From NCBI GenBank assembly GCA_047495785.1, contig JBLDXI010000010.1, positions 806,001-870,000 of the forward strand: a stretch of 64,000 nucleotides of DNA, written 5' to 3'. This document shows, in pieces, positions 49,941-62,578 of this stretch. Below the pieces are notes generated by a model, which was given only the letters and a program-made list of their open reading frames with translations, did no database searches and was not told where the DNA came from. The position numbers and the translations under genes are program-made. The DNA is from Lepidodermella squamata. Its lineage: Eukaryota; Animalia; Gastrotricha. Numbering within the stretch: position 1 is the first letter of the stretch; each line of letters starts with the position of its first letter.

Positions 49941-51001
49941 AAAAAAATGATTTCGACAAGTGCGTTTTCCGTAGTACCCGGTTCTTTCGGGTTACTATAA
50001 GCCCAGCAACAGATCGTTCTATAGTGCTGCAAGATCTCGAGATGCAAGGCTTTATTAGTAAGCTAAAGTTTGACCTGGCGACTGGCTTCAACTGGGCTGG
50101 CTCTCGTTTTTTCTAGTTTTTTTCTCGTTTTCGCCGTTTTGCTCGGGGCTACTGTAATTGTACGGCTCGCCAATTTATATCTGAAATATATGAATGAAAA
50201 ATTATCATGACTCTCATCTAAATTGAATTGAATGACGTTGATGTTTCTTCTCAACGATTATGGGTTATGGCTATAGGACATGACTATCTCTCATCCGTGT
50301 TTGTCTTCCTTGTTTTGCGTTGCGCTGAGATTGCTGAAGCCAGCTGCGATACTGCTTTGCCCTTTGTCACTTTCCTCGGATTTTGCAGAGTCGAAACTTC
50401 GCCTTTGATGAATGCGAAATCTCGAACCTCAATGTTAGAAAGAATTGTGTTTTTCCTCGCAAAAAAGCAGACATTATTACCAGAAATCCGGTTACTTTCA
50501 CAATTTTAAGATTGCTTAAGACGAAAGAGTATGGCCTCACATTGAAGCTTGAAGAAATGGAAAGGTCTGTCAGGCCACGCATGTCGCTTTCCTACTAATA
50601 GCTTCCGAGTAGAGCAGCTGACGGCGCATATTTAACTCTCACTTATACCTTGAAAGTTGGAACATTCGCTGATGATGTTAAATGTTAACATTATTTAACT
50701 TAATAAAAGAAAATATACGAAGTGAAGAGCGTAGTCTATCGCCGAAAGCTAGATAAACTAAACAATGCTGACGGCATATTTGCTTAGAACTGCCACTCCT
50801 CACTCCTCTCGAGAACACTCAGCAGCTGAGTGTAAAATACTGCATTTCCGGCAAGCAGCGATCGTCGGGTTTTTTGCTGCTAATAACGTCCGTTTATTTA
50901 AAGAAAATTGAGCACCTTCGTGACTCGAAACTTGGCTTGGGACACCATTGATCTGCTGATTTTTAATTTCTACGGTTACATTATTTCTCGAATTCAAAGC
51001 C

Positions 51002-53687
51002 ATGACAATCCACTCGTATTTGATGCTTACATTGCTTTTCCAATGCGTTTCTCCCCAGAAACTCGCATTCAGAAGCCCGATGCCAAGTTCGATATTGGCA
51101 AATTCGAACAGATCGATTGGTGAAAAACGAATCCCCTTAACTCTTACTACATCGATCAACTATAGTGGCGGGTTAACATTATCGCTGGGGCCTCTATGTA
51201 CCGAATCCATGCGATTTGCGCTGGAGAAAATTCGAAGCTCGAATCAGCTGCTGAAAAACTATGACTTGAGGTTGACCCTGTTCGATGATCAGGTAAAGAG
51301 ACACATTGCTGTGATATTTTTATATGAATCACTCATATTTCTCTCTTGATTTATTGATAGTCGCAAACATTTCCCGCAATTCGTTATGTAACAAGCAAAT
51401 TGCGGGAACTAGAAACTGACAGCAATGCTACAGAGAACGTCATGCCGCTAGTATTGGGAAACAATGGAAAGCTCTACACTGGGCAATACTTGCAGTACTT
51501 CAATTTCTTCACGATCAACCACGGGCAAACAGTTCACGTTTCCCGAATTTTGCATATCGACAGAGACTCGCTTCCTTCTTCGATTCACTTGTTCGTTCCT
51601 CACGAATATGTCTACCCATCGGTTGCAGAATTTATACTGAAGATGAATTGGCGGCAGTTGGCCATTCTGTCTACTGACAACATTTATTGGAATAGGGTAA
51701 TGATACAGGAAAATTCTCTCCATTTTAATTCTCCCTTTGATTTCAGTGGGATCTGGCTTTGATCAGAGAAATGTTTGCGAGAAACCTCACCATTCTTGGT
51801 AACGTTCGAATTACTGTGCCTCTAGGAGTCAGTAACCCAACGCCAGCCGACATAGAAAATACGGTGCTGGAGTTGATTGCTTTCAAAGAAGCTAGAATCT
51901 TTGTGATACATGTGACTGTTACCGTGGAAACATCTTGCTTTCTATACAAATATGGCCTGTATGGACCAGGCTACGTTTTGCTAATTCCAGCCTTTGGAAT
52001 TTTCAACGTAGATTCACCTATACCATACCCATGGTGCACGAGTGCCATGATAGCAGCGGTATTAGAGAGTGTTCTTTTTTTCGGGCAAATGCCTCTTAGC
52101 GAAATTCGAGGACCTGAAAATGTCAGAGCTTCGGATGGAACGAGTGGGGCCGAGCTCGATGCGTATCTGCGCAGTAGAATCGAAGCACCTGAAAATATTC
52201 CATCTTGGTGGCTACGCACCACATGCTACGATATGATGCTATTCGCGGCCTACGTGCTCAACGATACTGAGACAAAGCTCCTTCAGAAAAACCAAACGTT
52301 GAGCGATTGGGCAGTAGGCGGGGAGAATTTTCGGAAAAACGGGTCCTACCTATTCTTATTGATAAAGGAGAGCATTTTCACGGTCGAGATGCTGGGCTTC
52401 ATTAGCAAGCTAAAGTTTGACTTGGCTACTGGGTTCAACTGGGCTGGCAACTACTACCTGGCTATAACTCAGCTCCAAAGAAGTAATGGAACATCGCAGA
52501 CAAATTCTTCCAGGATGGTTCCGGTTTTCGGCGCGTTAATGAACGCCAGCGATGGCTCTGTGAAATTCGGTCCTGGTAGATTTCTCTGGAAAACATCTGA
52601 TGGCCAGGTCCCGCTCGATGGAATGTTGATCCTAGAAACAAAATGGGATAACCCCATTCTGTCATTTTCACTTCTTGCGGGTAAGTTGGCTCTTTATTTA
52701 TTATTCAATCTAGTATTTAGGCATTTTTTCAGCTATCGCAACATTGTTGATGCTCATTACCCTAATTTTGTTAACTATGTCGTTTCTGGGCAAGTTACTC
52801 TTTGCTGGTGAAATCCATCAGTGGGACTATCGGCTGCTTCTTGTTGGGGACTTCTTTCTGGCATCGCAGCCTTTGATTATGGGGCTTCAAAATGACGACG
52901 CGGTTCATGTTCGCTGCATGGTGTCTTACTACTCTCTTTTTACTGGAGTTTCCATAATTTTGGCACAACATGCTGCCAAGCTATGGTTCAACTATGTATC
53001 ATTCAAAGCGCCTGTGCCAATGCAAAGGTTGAATTCGAGATCATTCAAGTCTCCAGTTTCAAGGCAGAGGAGCAAGGGAACAGCGTTTCAAGTGCAACCA
53101 GCTGTGAAAAGCGATTCACAACCCGGACAGGTGGAGAAAATGCCTAACAAAACAATGATGGTCTTCATCCTCGGGTACGCTATCTTAAATTGCGGATTTT
53201 TGGTTATTTGGTTTACGGTTGAACCCCTGATCACTGTGAAAAGCGTTGTTAGCTTCGAGCTATCGCAGACTGACATCAGTTTAGCCTACAGCTTCTATGA
53301 TTATGAATGCTCGCTGGGAAATTTTCCTTTGGTTGGTGATTTGCAATATCACAACTTGATGTTGCTCTTCATCGGAATTCCGAACATCTTACTAATGCTG
53401 ACGGCGTTAGCTCTATCTCTAATGCTTCAAAAGGTGAGTTTATTTCATTTTCGTCGCTCAAATCAAGCTTTCTGATGTCGAATTAGGCTGGAGCTGCCAT
53501 TTTACGCCAATCTACCAATCGAACGATACTAATCATTGCAGCAGCATGCGCTATAGGGCTGATATTTGCGAATAATGGAAGGAATCTCCAAATACTGGTA
53601 TCCGCCTCGTGCTTGGCCATAGCATCCTGTAATTTGCTTACTCAATTCGCATTTATTACGAAATCCTCTCATATAATATCAAACTAA
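51002..53687 (+). CDS. Class C GPCR, GABA-B-like (copy 8, intact); exons 51002-51292, 51361-51696, 51747-52680, 52733-53433, 53487-53687
   Basis: In-frame GT-AG junctions, same architecture; C-tail 4 aa longer than in the other copies. Confidence 0.85.
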
Positions 53688-53952
53688 CCAAAACAGTATT
53701 TGCTTAATGCCATTTTTTCGCTAATAAATCGCAGTACATAGCTGAAACTGTCTAGCTTCTCGAAAGATAACTTGTTTATTTTGTTTCGGAAATGTTCACG
53801 GTGCCTGGTTTGTTACCATGTATTAATTACTTGTTACCTCAGATTTAGATCGACGCAAAAGTAGGGTTGCATGTTAAATCAGCTGCGTCATCTCGGCAGC
53901 TGAATTAACGATATCTCCGAACTGCGTGGTGGCAGCGCAAGCGCATCATGGA

Positions 53953-53960
53953 TATAAAAG
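53953..53960 (+). promoter_or_regulatory. TATA box (TATAAAAG)
   Basis: Consensus TATA ~70 nt upstream of the ATG at 54028. Confidence 0.55.
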
Positions 53961-54027
53961 CGGCGCATTTGCCTACCGAAATTGTGCATTTCTCTCGCAA
54001 ATTAAAAACATATCACAGCACATCACC

Positions 54028-54919
54028 ATGCGTTTCTTCGTTTTCGCCGTTTTGGTCGGTGCTGCCTGCGCTACTGTCGATGACCATAGTAAGAAATTGT
54101 CATTAGGAAGTATCGTTTTATCATTTTTGATGATATCTTTCAGGCGATTTCGATAAGATGGTGGACAAACTTATTGGTCTGTATCATATTGCTTGAATTT
54201 TGAAATTAATAATTTAGTTGCCTTATCATAGGCGGACTCAACATTGATGAAAAGAACATCAACGCGGCTATGTTGGAGGTTCACAAGGTCATCACCGATG
54301 GTAAGCGCAGAGAAAGTTGTTTGATGAATCAATAAAGATTACATTTGCAGAGGATGTTCACGGTGCTATCCAGCAGGTCAAGATGGAAGAAGGCAGCGGC
54401 AGTGGTGAACACAAGGCACAGAGGCGCCATGCTTTCCCTCCCGCTTTCCCTCCCGCTGGCTCTCCTCCCGCCGGTGGATTTCCCGACCTTTCTAAGCTGT
54501 TTGGCGGCTCCACCCCCAGCCCTGCTGAAGGTAAACAATTGAAATTGTGTCTACCACCTTTTAAATACATTGTATTTCTGTTTAGTTGCCCGTAAGTTTA
54601 CTTCGAATCAAAACTTATAGGTATAGTTTTAAAAGCTAACACATTCCACAGAGTTGAACGACATCATGAAGGAGCTTATGGGTAATTTTCTTGGTTTCGA
54701 GAGCTATGAAAGTATTTTAAACTGATTCTGAACACAGGCAACTTTGATAACGGCAACAAAACCATCGAGGAGTTGGTTAAGGAGATCACCGATAACGTCG
54801 ATTTCGGTAGGATTTCGATAATTAACCTGTTAACTATCCCATGAAGGCAATTTATCTCAGATCAATTCGCTGCCGCCGAACGCGCCGCTCTGGCCAAGAA
54901 GCGCTACTCCAAGGCGTAG
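54028..54919 (+). CDS. Small secreted protein, 8 exons, all introns phase 1; exons 54028-54088, 54144-54176, 54232-54300, 54351-54530, 54586-54591, 54652-54681, 54738-54806, 54861-54919
   Basis: Signal peptide MRFFVFAVLVGAACA; GC-richer exons separated by 50-60-nt AT-rich GT-AG introns; continuous frame to TAG. Confidence 0.7.
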
Positions 54920-55245
54920 ATCATCTTTTGAACTGTGTCCCTTATTAAATGTTGCGTGAATTTTGTGTTGAACTGGTAATTGGCTCTGCTATGCTTCATG
55001 ACTTCTGATATTATGACAGATTTCAGTCATTGGAGACCAATGCTGAAAGCCTTGCGTCCGATAGCCGAGATCTGGAATCCAATGAGTTGGAGCTAAATGA
55101 TTGAAAATAGTAGGGTTGCTAATCAAAAAATAAATCGAAGCCAAGTTTTATATGAACAAGATTAGGAAATATGGAAAAGTTTGACACCGGGAAGAACTGA
55201 CTAAGAAAAGCGAGATTCGAAGCTGAAGAAAAGTCGTATCATGAG

Positions 55246-56474
55246 TTATTTTTTCAAGAAATCTTGATTTGTCGCGCGGCAAGTCGATATGCAAGCTTCC
55301 CAGGACGGGAATCCATACGGCTCAACATCGCCAAGCCTGCAACCTTTCTGCTGGACCAGGCAAAGCTGCGATTCACTGTCGTAAACAATCGCCGGGCCGA
55401 CTGGGATGCCGCAAGTCGTTGGGGGCAATTTGTAGGTACATTTGTCAACTAAATTAATAAGTTCCAAGGTAGAAAAACTTCAGGATGAGGATGAACTTAC
55501 GGGTTTGAGAGATCTGTCGCGGTCTGCAGATAGATTGGCATTCTTGAAGGCTTTCGAAAGCGAATGGTTGGACGAACTCCTTCTTACAGCCGTAATTCTG
55601 AATAACGCATTTGCTTCGGATCGAATCATAAACGAAATTGTCGCCAACAAATAACTCGCAGGTCACTAGCGGCACTTTGTAAGAGCATCGCTTATCAGTA
55701 ACCGGAGGCAGGGTGGGGAAATTGACCAGATTTGGCGCATACCCAGTAGTAATGGTGAACGGGAAGTAGGATACCCAAAACCACGGAATTGTACTCATTG
55801 AATAGGTCGGGCGTTCACTCGTTGTTGGGGTAATAGCTGGGTTAGTTGTCCTTCTGCCAACTTCATTACAAGTCGCTTCGCAATCTTCGATTGTCTGAAA
55901 GGCGTACATGCCGTAGTCGGCGCTTCGACAACCTGTATTAATGATCGTACACCTTCCTAGATCGCTGTCGTGTACAATTATGTTCCCGATGAAGACTCCG
56001 CATTCCTGGGGCGGCTTTCTAAACCCGCATTTGAGAAAAGTTTCCCGAGCGATAGTTGGTGGGTAGGGCGTAGTAGCAACTGTTTGCCCGTTCTCGCCAC
56101 ATTCGTATCGGCATTCTGTGAAGTTGTTGAAGGCGTAAGGCCTCACAAGATCTGCCCCGCACCCACCGTCTTGAACAACGCATTTGCCTTGATTCCCGTC
56201 ATAAACGATGAATTCGCCGATGTAAGTTAGGCAATTAGCTGGTGGGATTTTGTAGGAACATCTGTCGAGGGGAGTTGTTGTTGGCCCGTTGTAAGCCGGA
56301 GTTGTTGGCATATCCATCGCCCCGAAAAGCATACTTGGAAGCTGAATTCCTTTATAAAACGGAAATATAAGATCTCTAATTCGAAATAATGTTCTTACTT
56401 GGGGCATTTTGAGTAGATCCAAAGGTGCAGAATAGGAAAATTGGCAATATTGATTTCGGAAATCGTGACGACAT
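55246..56474 (-). CDS. Secreted protein with four divergent Kunitz/BPTI-like domains and Thr/Pro linkers; exons 56474-56399, 56349-55501, 55448-55246
   Basis: Signal-like MSSRFPKSILPIFLFCTFGS. Four six-Cys repeats of the form C..C..Y/HD...C....GC...F....C...C. In-frame GT-AG introns. Confidence 0.75.
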
Positions 56475-57230
56475 TTTGGTAGCGTGTGAGACGCAAAGCG
56501 TAACCTTTCTGCTCACGGATTGTGTTTTTTTCTAAAGCCGCGAATTGCACCGAGCTTGATACTTTTAATATAAACAATGGCGTGTTGACATGAACATTTT
56601 TTATTCCCCAGCAACGGGTAGTTTTTACCTGTTTTTTCAACATTGGTCTTTTATTACTTCAGGTTTCACTTTTCTGTGATATATGCAACCTAAACCTTGT
56701 TACCTGTCAATGTTTACTTTTATATTTTTTCTCTATCTTTCCAAGACTGTTTGGCCAAGTAAAAATTCCTTTAAAATCTCATTGACCTGTCCAGACTAAG
56801 AGCAAATATTGAAATATGAGTGTCTCATCTCGCTTGTCTAGATCTTTGAGCTGAAAGATTATGGCATTTAGCAGTTTTCTGCAATTGATAGGTATATTGC
56901 ACTTGTTGTTAGAAGAGCACTTGGCATTGCCGCGAATTGCTATGCCAATTAATAAAAAAATAGCACCTCACCCGTGCGCTCATACGTGAATCTGTATATG
57001 CTGTAAACTCGATTGCACTCAGCTCATTCACGGCTGACTAGCAATTAATTTACTACACATGAATACTTGATCTCCCACTAAAAGTACCGCAGACCTCAAT
57101 GGCAAATAAGATGTCTCCGTCTATTCATATTGCCTTAGTAGTTTTGATTAGAAAATGATTCTAGCACACCGCTCTTCTTTAATATTTCGGGTGCATCTTT
57201 CGAGACCGATAAAATCTAACTTTTCTAGCC

Positions 57231-58144
57231 ATGTTAACCGAAAATAAGCAAGTCCCGCTTTTGGTTGACTCAAAAGCAGCCGAGATTGATCATGTGATCT
57301 GCCGATATTGCCAGGCTGGCCGTGAAGATGATAAAGACCCGGTCTACAGCGGATTCTGCTCATGCCGAGGCTCTGTCGGGTTCGCCCACAAAAAATGCCT
57401 CAAATCCCTCGTCACAGTCCCAGGCCCTGGTCGACGGTTCGACGCAACAGGTCGGCCTCAGTGCGACCTATGCCGGCAGCCTTTCCACTTCAGAATTGCC
57501 GAGCGTTTGAAGCCAATCTGGCGATGGTCCTGCCCCATTTGGGACGTTACTTGTAACCAGAAGTTACTGCTCATGACTATGGCGATGTTTATGCTGGCTT
57601 GTCTTGGAATTTGGGCAGCTTTGACACTTATCAGTACGGCAGCTAGCAATGCCTATGCAAACAGCCATCAATTCCTCATTACTGCTGATAATTTGACCAT
57701 CATAAGTGACGAACAGGTCACATTGCAAGGTAAGGTCCATCAGAATGACTTTCAGCACGATTTGAATCCTAATTTTAAGGTGATTCCAATACTTCGAACC
57801 CGAATGAGGAAATCAGGCTTTTGCGGCGCATCGTCTACCTCCAGGTCCCATCAACGAATACAGTCAACCGTAACGACACAAGCCTGCTTAACAGAACCTT
57901 TTTCGGCGTCGGGTTGGCAAAGACCACGCTGTTGTACATGACGGCGTTGAGTCTTATAATGACGCTGCCCGGCACAGCGATTTGTCTCCTCGTCCTCATC
58001 TCGGATGTGAGGAAGGGGCGGCGATTTTGCTGCCGGGAATTCCGGCGCCGAAATTACAGCGAACAAATCGCCTTTCAGAAACCACCCGTCTTCAGAGTCA
58101 AAACTTCGCGACCTCAAAAAGCCGAATCTACGTTGACGTGTTGA
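57231..58144 (+). CDS. MARCH-like membrane-associated RING-CH E3 ubiquitin ligase; exons 57231-57729, 57780-58144
   Basis: CRYC..CSCRGSVGFAHKKCL..CDLC (C4HC3) followed by two hydrophobic helices; a 50-nt intron joins the two ORFs in frame. Confidence 0.8.
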
Positions 58145-58207
58145 TAATTTGAAATAAATTACCCGGTATTTTTATTTGCAAGCGTCAATAAAATCATCAC
58201 AGTAGTA

Positions 58208-58799
58208 TCAAGCATCTACAGGTGCCTCCCCGTGACTAGTTTTCACAAAATCCTCACGCGTCAAGCCAGTTTGGGTTTTGAAGGTATCAAACGCCTTAGA
58301 CAAAGTTTCCTCTGTCAGTTGTTGGCGTCGGCTCAATATCCAGCCATATTGTCGCTTGAATAGACCAGAAAACAAAGAAAACTCACTATAGACTAGGGCA
58401 ATGTTGTTGTAGTCGGTGTGCAGTACCCAATAGCTAGCGGCTGGGAACCACCATTTGAATTTAACAGCCAATTTCCCGGGCTCAGCTGGGTCTGGGATTG
58501 AGGCTACACCAGCATCGCCGTAGTTCCATTGCTTCTTAGCAGGTTGCCACTCCTTGTTCTGAACGCCTACAGTTCCGTCAGGATTTGCGGTGTATCTCGC
58601 AGTTATGTCGGTCCCAGTTTCGAAGGGAATGTTTTTGGTTCGATAGATTTCATACCAAAGCCCAGCATAGTCGGTTAACTTGAAATCTGGCTGCGTTACT
58701 GTTAGAGTCTTTCATTGAAACATTAGTTTACCAAATCATAAATATTTCTAATAATACCTGTTTGCCCGCTTTTGAATTCGTACTTGATTCAGTTGACAT
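58208..58799 (-). CDS. Lipocalin (ApoD/Blc/TIL-like), no signal peptide, no cysteines; exons 58799-58758, 58708-58208
   Basis: The frame extends upstream of the listed ORF to YAGLWYEI (GxW motif) and contains YWVLHTDY and WILSR. Confidence 0.8.
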
Positions 58800-59007
58800 A
58801 GCTATTACAGTAATATTGTTCCTGAGAATTAGTTTCAGAATATGTCTGTATAAATGAGGCTTGGCATAAAGTTGGGTTAACATGTAGTATTTTACTGATA
58901 AGAATTGAGTGATATGACCGTTTTTTATTCACGCTTTCATTAGCTGTGACGAGTGAGCTAATAATGTTGGGTAATAATCATGTTTAGCCAAGTCACTGGA
59001 GCAAGAA

Positions 59008-59536
59008 TGACCGTTAACAAGTGAAAAGTGGGATTTGGCGAATTTTCTCCTGTGTTTTCCAGCAAATTTTAAAATTTTTGTAGATTGAAAAGGGACGTTT
59101 CTGAGATTCCACGATGCTCCTGCACAGTTTTTCTAGAGGATTTGAATCCTGTAATTTCAGACCTCTATGGGCCCCCCGCCCCCCTTAAAGGGCAGGAAAC
59201 CCCAAAGTATCGACGAAACGGTTACAGATTTGGGATGATGTGGAAACTTGATTCCATCCTAGATTCCCCCAAGCGGTGCCGACTGCGAATAAGAAAATAG
59301 CATTAGAATTTAATACGTCGGGAATTATGGATTGATGCAATAATTTTTAAATGCGCATCTTTCGAAATCAGCAATTTTCACCCGCTAACTTTGAAGCCCG
59401 TTTTCTGAGTAACCCTGATGACTATCAACCAGTTTTTGATATCGGTCGACCCCTGGTTGGTCGATCAAGAAATTGAGATCGAAATCTCACAATGTCCAAA
59501 ATTTCGCCAAACCCCACTTTTCACTTGTTAGCAGTC
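59008..59536. mobile_element. MITE-like element with ~35-bp imperfect TIRs
   Basis: TAACAAGTGAAAAGTGGGATTTGGCGAA pairs with TTCGCCAAACCCCACTTTTCACTTGTTA; TSD unclear. Confidence 0.65.
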
Positions 59537-59909
59537 AAAATGTTTCCCCTGCATACGAGTTTCCTGGAAACAAGGATTTTTATCTCCTCTAATTTGAGGA
59601 AAATTGTGAGAAAAAAATACCCGCTACATATCAACGTTACAAACTCCTGATGCAATCTAATCTGCGTTAAGCTTGTAGCTATACACTCATGTGTAAGCGT
59701 TTTTTTGTGATGAGAAAAAAACCCACTTGATCTGGCGATTATACAATATGAGCACGCTCTCATCATCGCCATCATCATCATCATGAGCATACACGTGTTG
59801 AAAATTTCGCTCACACCTGCTTTTGCTGCGTGGGGTTGTGGCTTGTCTCAAATGTAAGAAGCCCACAGCAGCGGTTTGCACACCTCAAGCTAACTGCGGT
59901 CGGCAAATT

Positions 59910-61963
59910 ATGCGCTTCTATCTGGCCATTTTATTGTCCGCAGCTGTTCTGCCCGCAGCGGATAGTGCGCGAAAATTCACGTACGAACCCGTTCCACCGA
60001 TTTTCTTCGCCGCAGCCTATGGCAACATCACTGAAATCAATCGCCTCGCAGACCAAGGTGCCGATGTCAACGCTAGAGACTGGGTATATTCATATTTTCC
60101 AGACAATTCATCCTTCATTAATTTTTCCATTTTCAGGTGGGTCAAACGCCACTTCACATGGGGGCAAAATTTTGCCGAATCGCCTCAATTGAAGCTCTGT
60201 TAAAGCGAGGAGCGAATCCAAGACTTATCAACTCTGAATACCACGAGACACCGCTGCACATTATTGCTAAAATGGCCAATTTAGACGCATTCAAAATGCT
60301 ATTGGAGCGTGGAGCTCTGGTCAACGCTTACGCAGATATCGGCGACTTCTCTGGCGGGACCCCACTTCATTTCGCGACCTTGATCGCCAACTCTTTGGAT
60401 GGAGTTAAATTCCTACTGGACCATGGCGCTGATGTTAATATCAGAGACTTGTACCATCACACTGCTCTTCACCAGGCGGTTATGAACGAAAATCTGCCAA
60501 TGGTCAAACTACTTCTATCGAAGGGTGCTGATATAAGGATTACAGATGGCATAAACAATACTGTCCTACACTTCGCGGCGAATAGTGAGGAGCCACATCC
60601 TTTGATTACGGAATTTCTGCTGTTCAAAGGCGCTGATGTTAACCGCCAGAACAAAGACGGCATCACCCCGCTACATATCGCTGTGAGACGGGGTCATTTA
60701 CTTCTGGTTCGGATGTTGATGGACGAAGGTGCTGATGTCGAAATTCGGGACAAAAGAGGTCGTAGTGCTTTGGATATAGCTGCGATGGAATTGAAGACGT
60801 TAGCTGCTAGGGAGATAATGCTTCTCCTTCTTAGCGACAGGGGTGACATAGATTTACCGCCATCAGTTCTCTTACCAATTCATTTATTCGCTGGGTATGG
60901 TGATAACGAAGAGTTGGAGAACTTGCTGAGCAACAAGTCGGAAAATGCGGCGAGTTTCATTAATAACGAAGCAGTTGATGCTTTCAATCGAACAGCTCTT
61001 CATACAGCTGTTCAATGCCAACAAATTCAGGCTGTTACAATTTTACTGAAATACGGCGCTGATCCTAATCTGAAGCATGGCAATGGTTACTACGGCCTTA
61101 CGCCTTTCCACTTTGCAGCGATGACTGGTAACCTAGAAATTTTGCGTTTGTTAATCGATGCTGGGGCTGACCTGCATACCCCGAATTACATCAACCAAGC
61201 AATTGTTTTAGCAACCGAATATTCCAATGCTTTCATTCCCGCTGCAAGATTGTTGCTGAAGGCCGATGTGCCAAGGGAGGTGATTGAAGCAAGTGCTGAG
61301 CAGGCGATTCATCGAGCCATTCCGAATCAAAATATCAAACTAGCTGAGGTTTTGGTTGAAAATGGAGCGAGTGTTAATGGGAGATCAAACTATGGCACAC
61401 CGCCTTTGGTCGAGTTGATGCGTTCCCCTTCTGTATACCCTCAAATACCGGTTATTGGGTGGTTGGGCGAGTATGGAGCTGACATGGATGGCCGTGATGA
61501 AAGGGGAAGAACAGTGCTGCAAAATGCTGTCGAATGTAAGAAAATTCATTAGATTGGTTTATGAGACACTTTGATTCTTTTTACAGACAGGAAACGCAAG
61601 GAAGTCATTGAGTATATCCTATATCGAGGGGCGAATCCTAACTTGGGTGACCTTCAAGGTTGCGAGCCACCTCTATATCTAGCCGTAAAAATGGCCGCGG
61701 CAGGCTTGGAATCTGCGTCAATCAACGCTATGCCTCCGGATGGAACGCCTGATGTTGTTCGAATTTTCATTAAGTACGGCGCTAGAGCGGATACTGTGGA
61801 CCCATGCAGCAATAAAACAGCACTTCAAGTTTTGGACTCAAGCAGAATTAAGGAGGATGGAACTAATCCGCTGCTGAGGCGGATTCTTCAAGATGCAGTT
61901 GATTCTGGCGGTCCATCTGCAGAATACAGCCCGATTGTCATGTCGAAACCCGGGAGCGACTAG
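59910..61963 (+). CDS. Ankyrin-repeat protein (more than 10 repeats) with N-terminal signal peptide; exons 59910-60083, 60137-61535, 61587-61963
   Basis: MRFYLAILLSAAVLPAADSA then repeated TPLH..GADVN units; in-frame GT-AG introns; no TM segment seen. Confidence 0.85.
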
Positions 61964-62578
61964 CTTTGGGTAGAACAATTAGCTTAATTTTAAATGATTT
62001 CATCTCCAAGATGCATACAGATAAGCTTTTGAACAGTTAACTCTGAATAAATTGAAAAATTTACACAGAATATATTTTGGCATATTCAAGATTTGCCTGT
62101 TGCGGTTGCAGGCCGCGGAACCTAATTTGCCCAAGGTCGATTTTCAAATAATTCTACATTTGACGAATTTAAGATGTTGTATCAATTATGAAGTTGTCTT
62201 ATGCAACTTTCTACGTTGGATCTATAACAAATTCATTCTGAATTATAATGTCAATCGGGATATCCTTGTTGAAAGTTCCGCAAAAAGGTTTAGGCCTGTT
62301 CCTGTTCCTGCCAAAATTTGGTCCTGCTTACAGTCGAATTTGGCTCCCCTGAAAATAAGAATCTGATTGAATTACACTTAACATAGACATCAGCAGTCAG
62401 CTTTCATTTGTGCCGTTTTTTAATTATGCTGTTTTCTGATTCACATGAATTGTTGAATTACGTATCAAATTACACGGTTTGACCTTCCGGCTTTCCAGAA
62501 TCGTAAAAGGTCACATCGTGCGCTATATACTCGCTACAATTACAGTGCAATTGGTTTTTGTTTTACAAATTATTCAAC

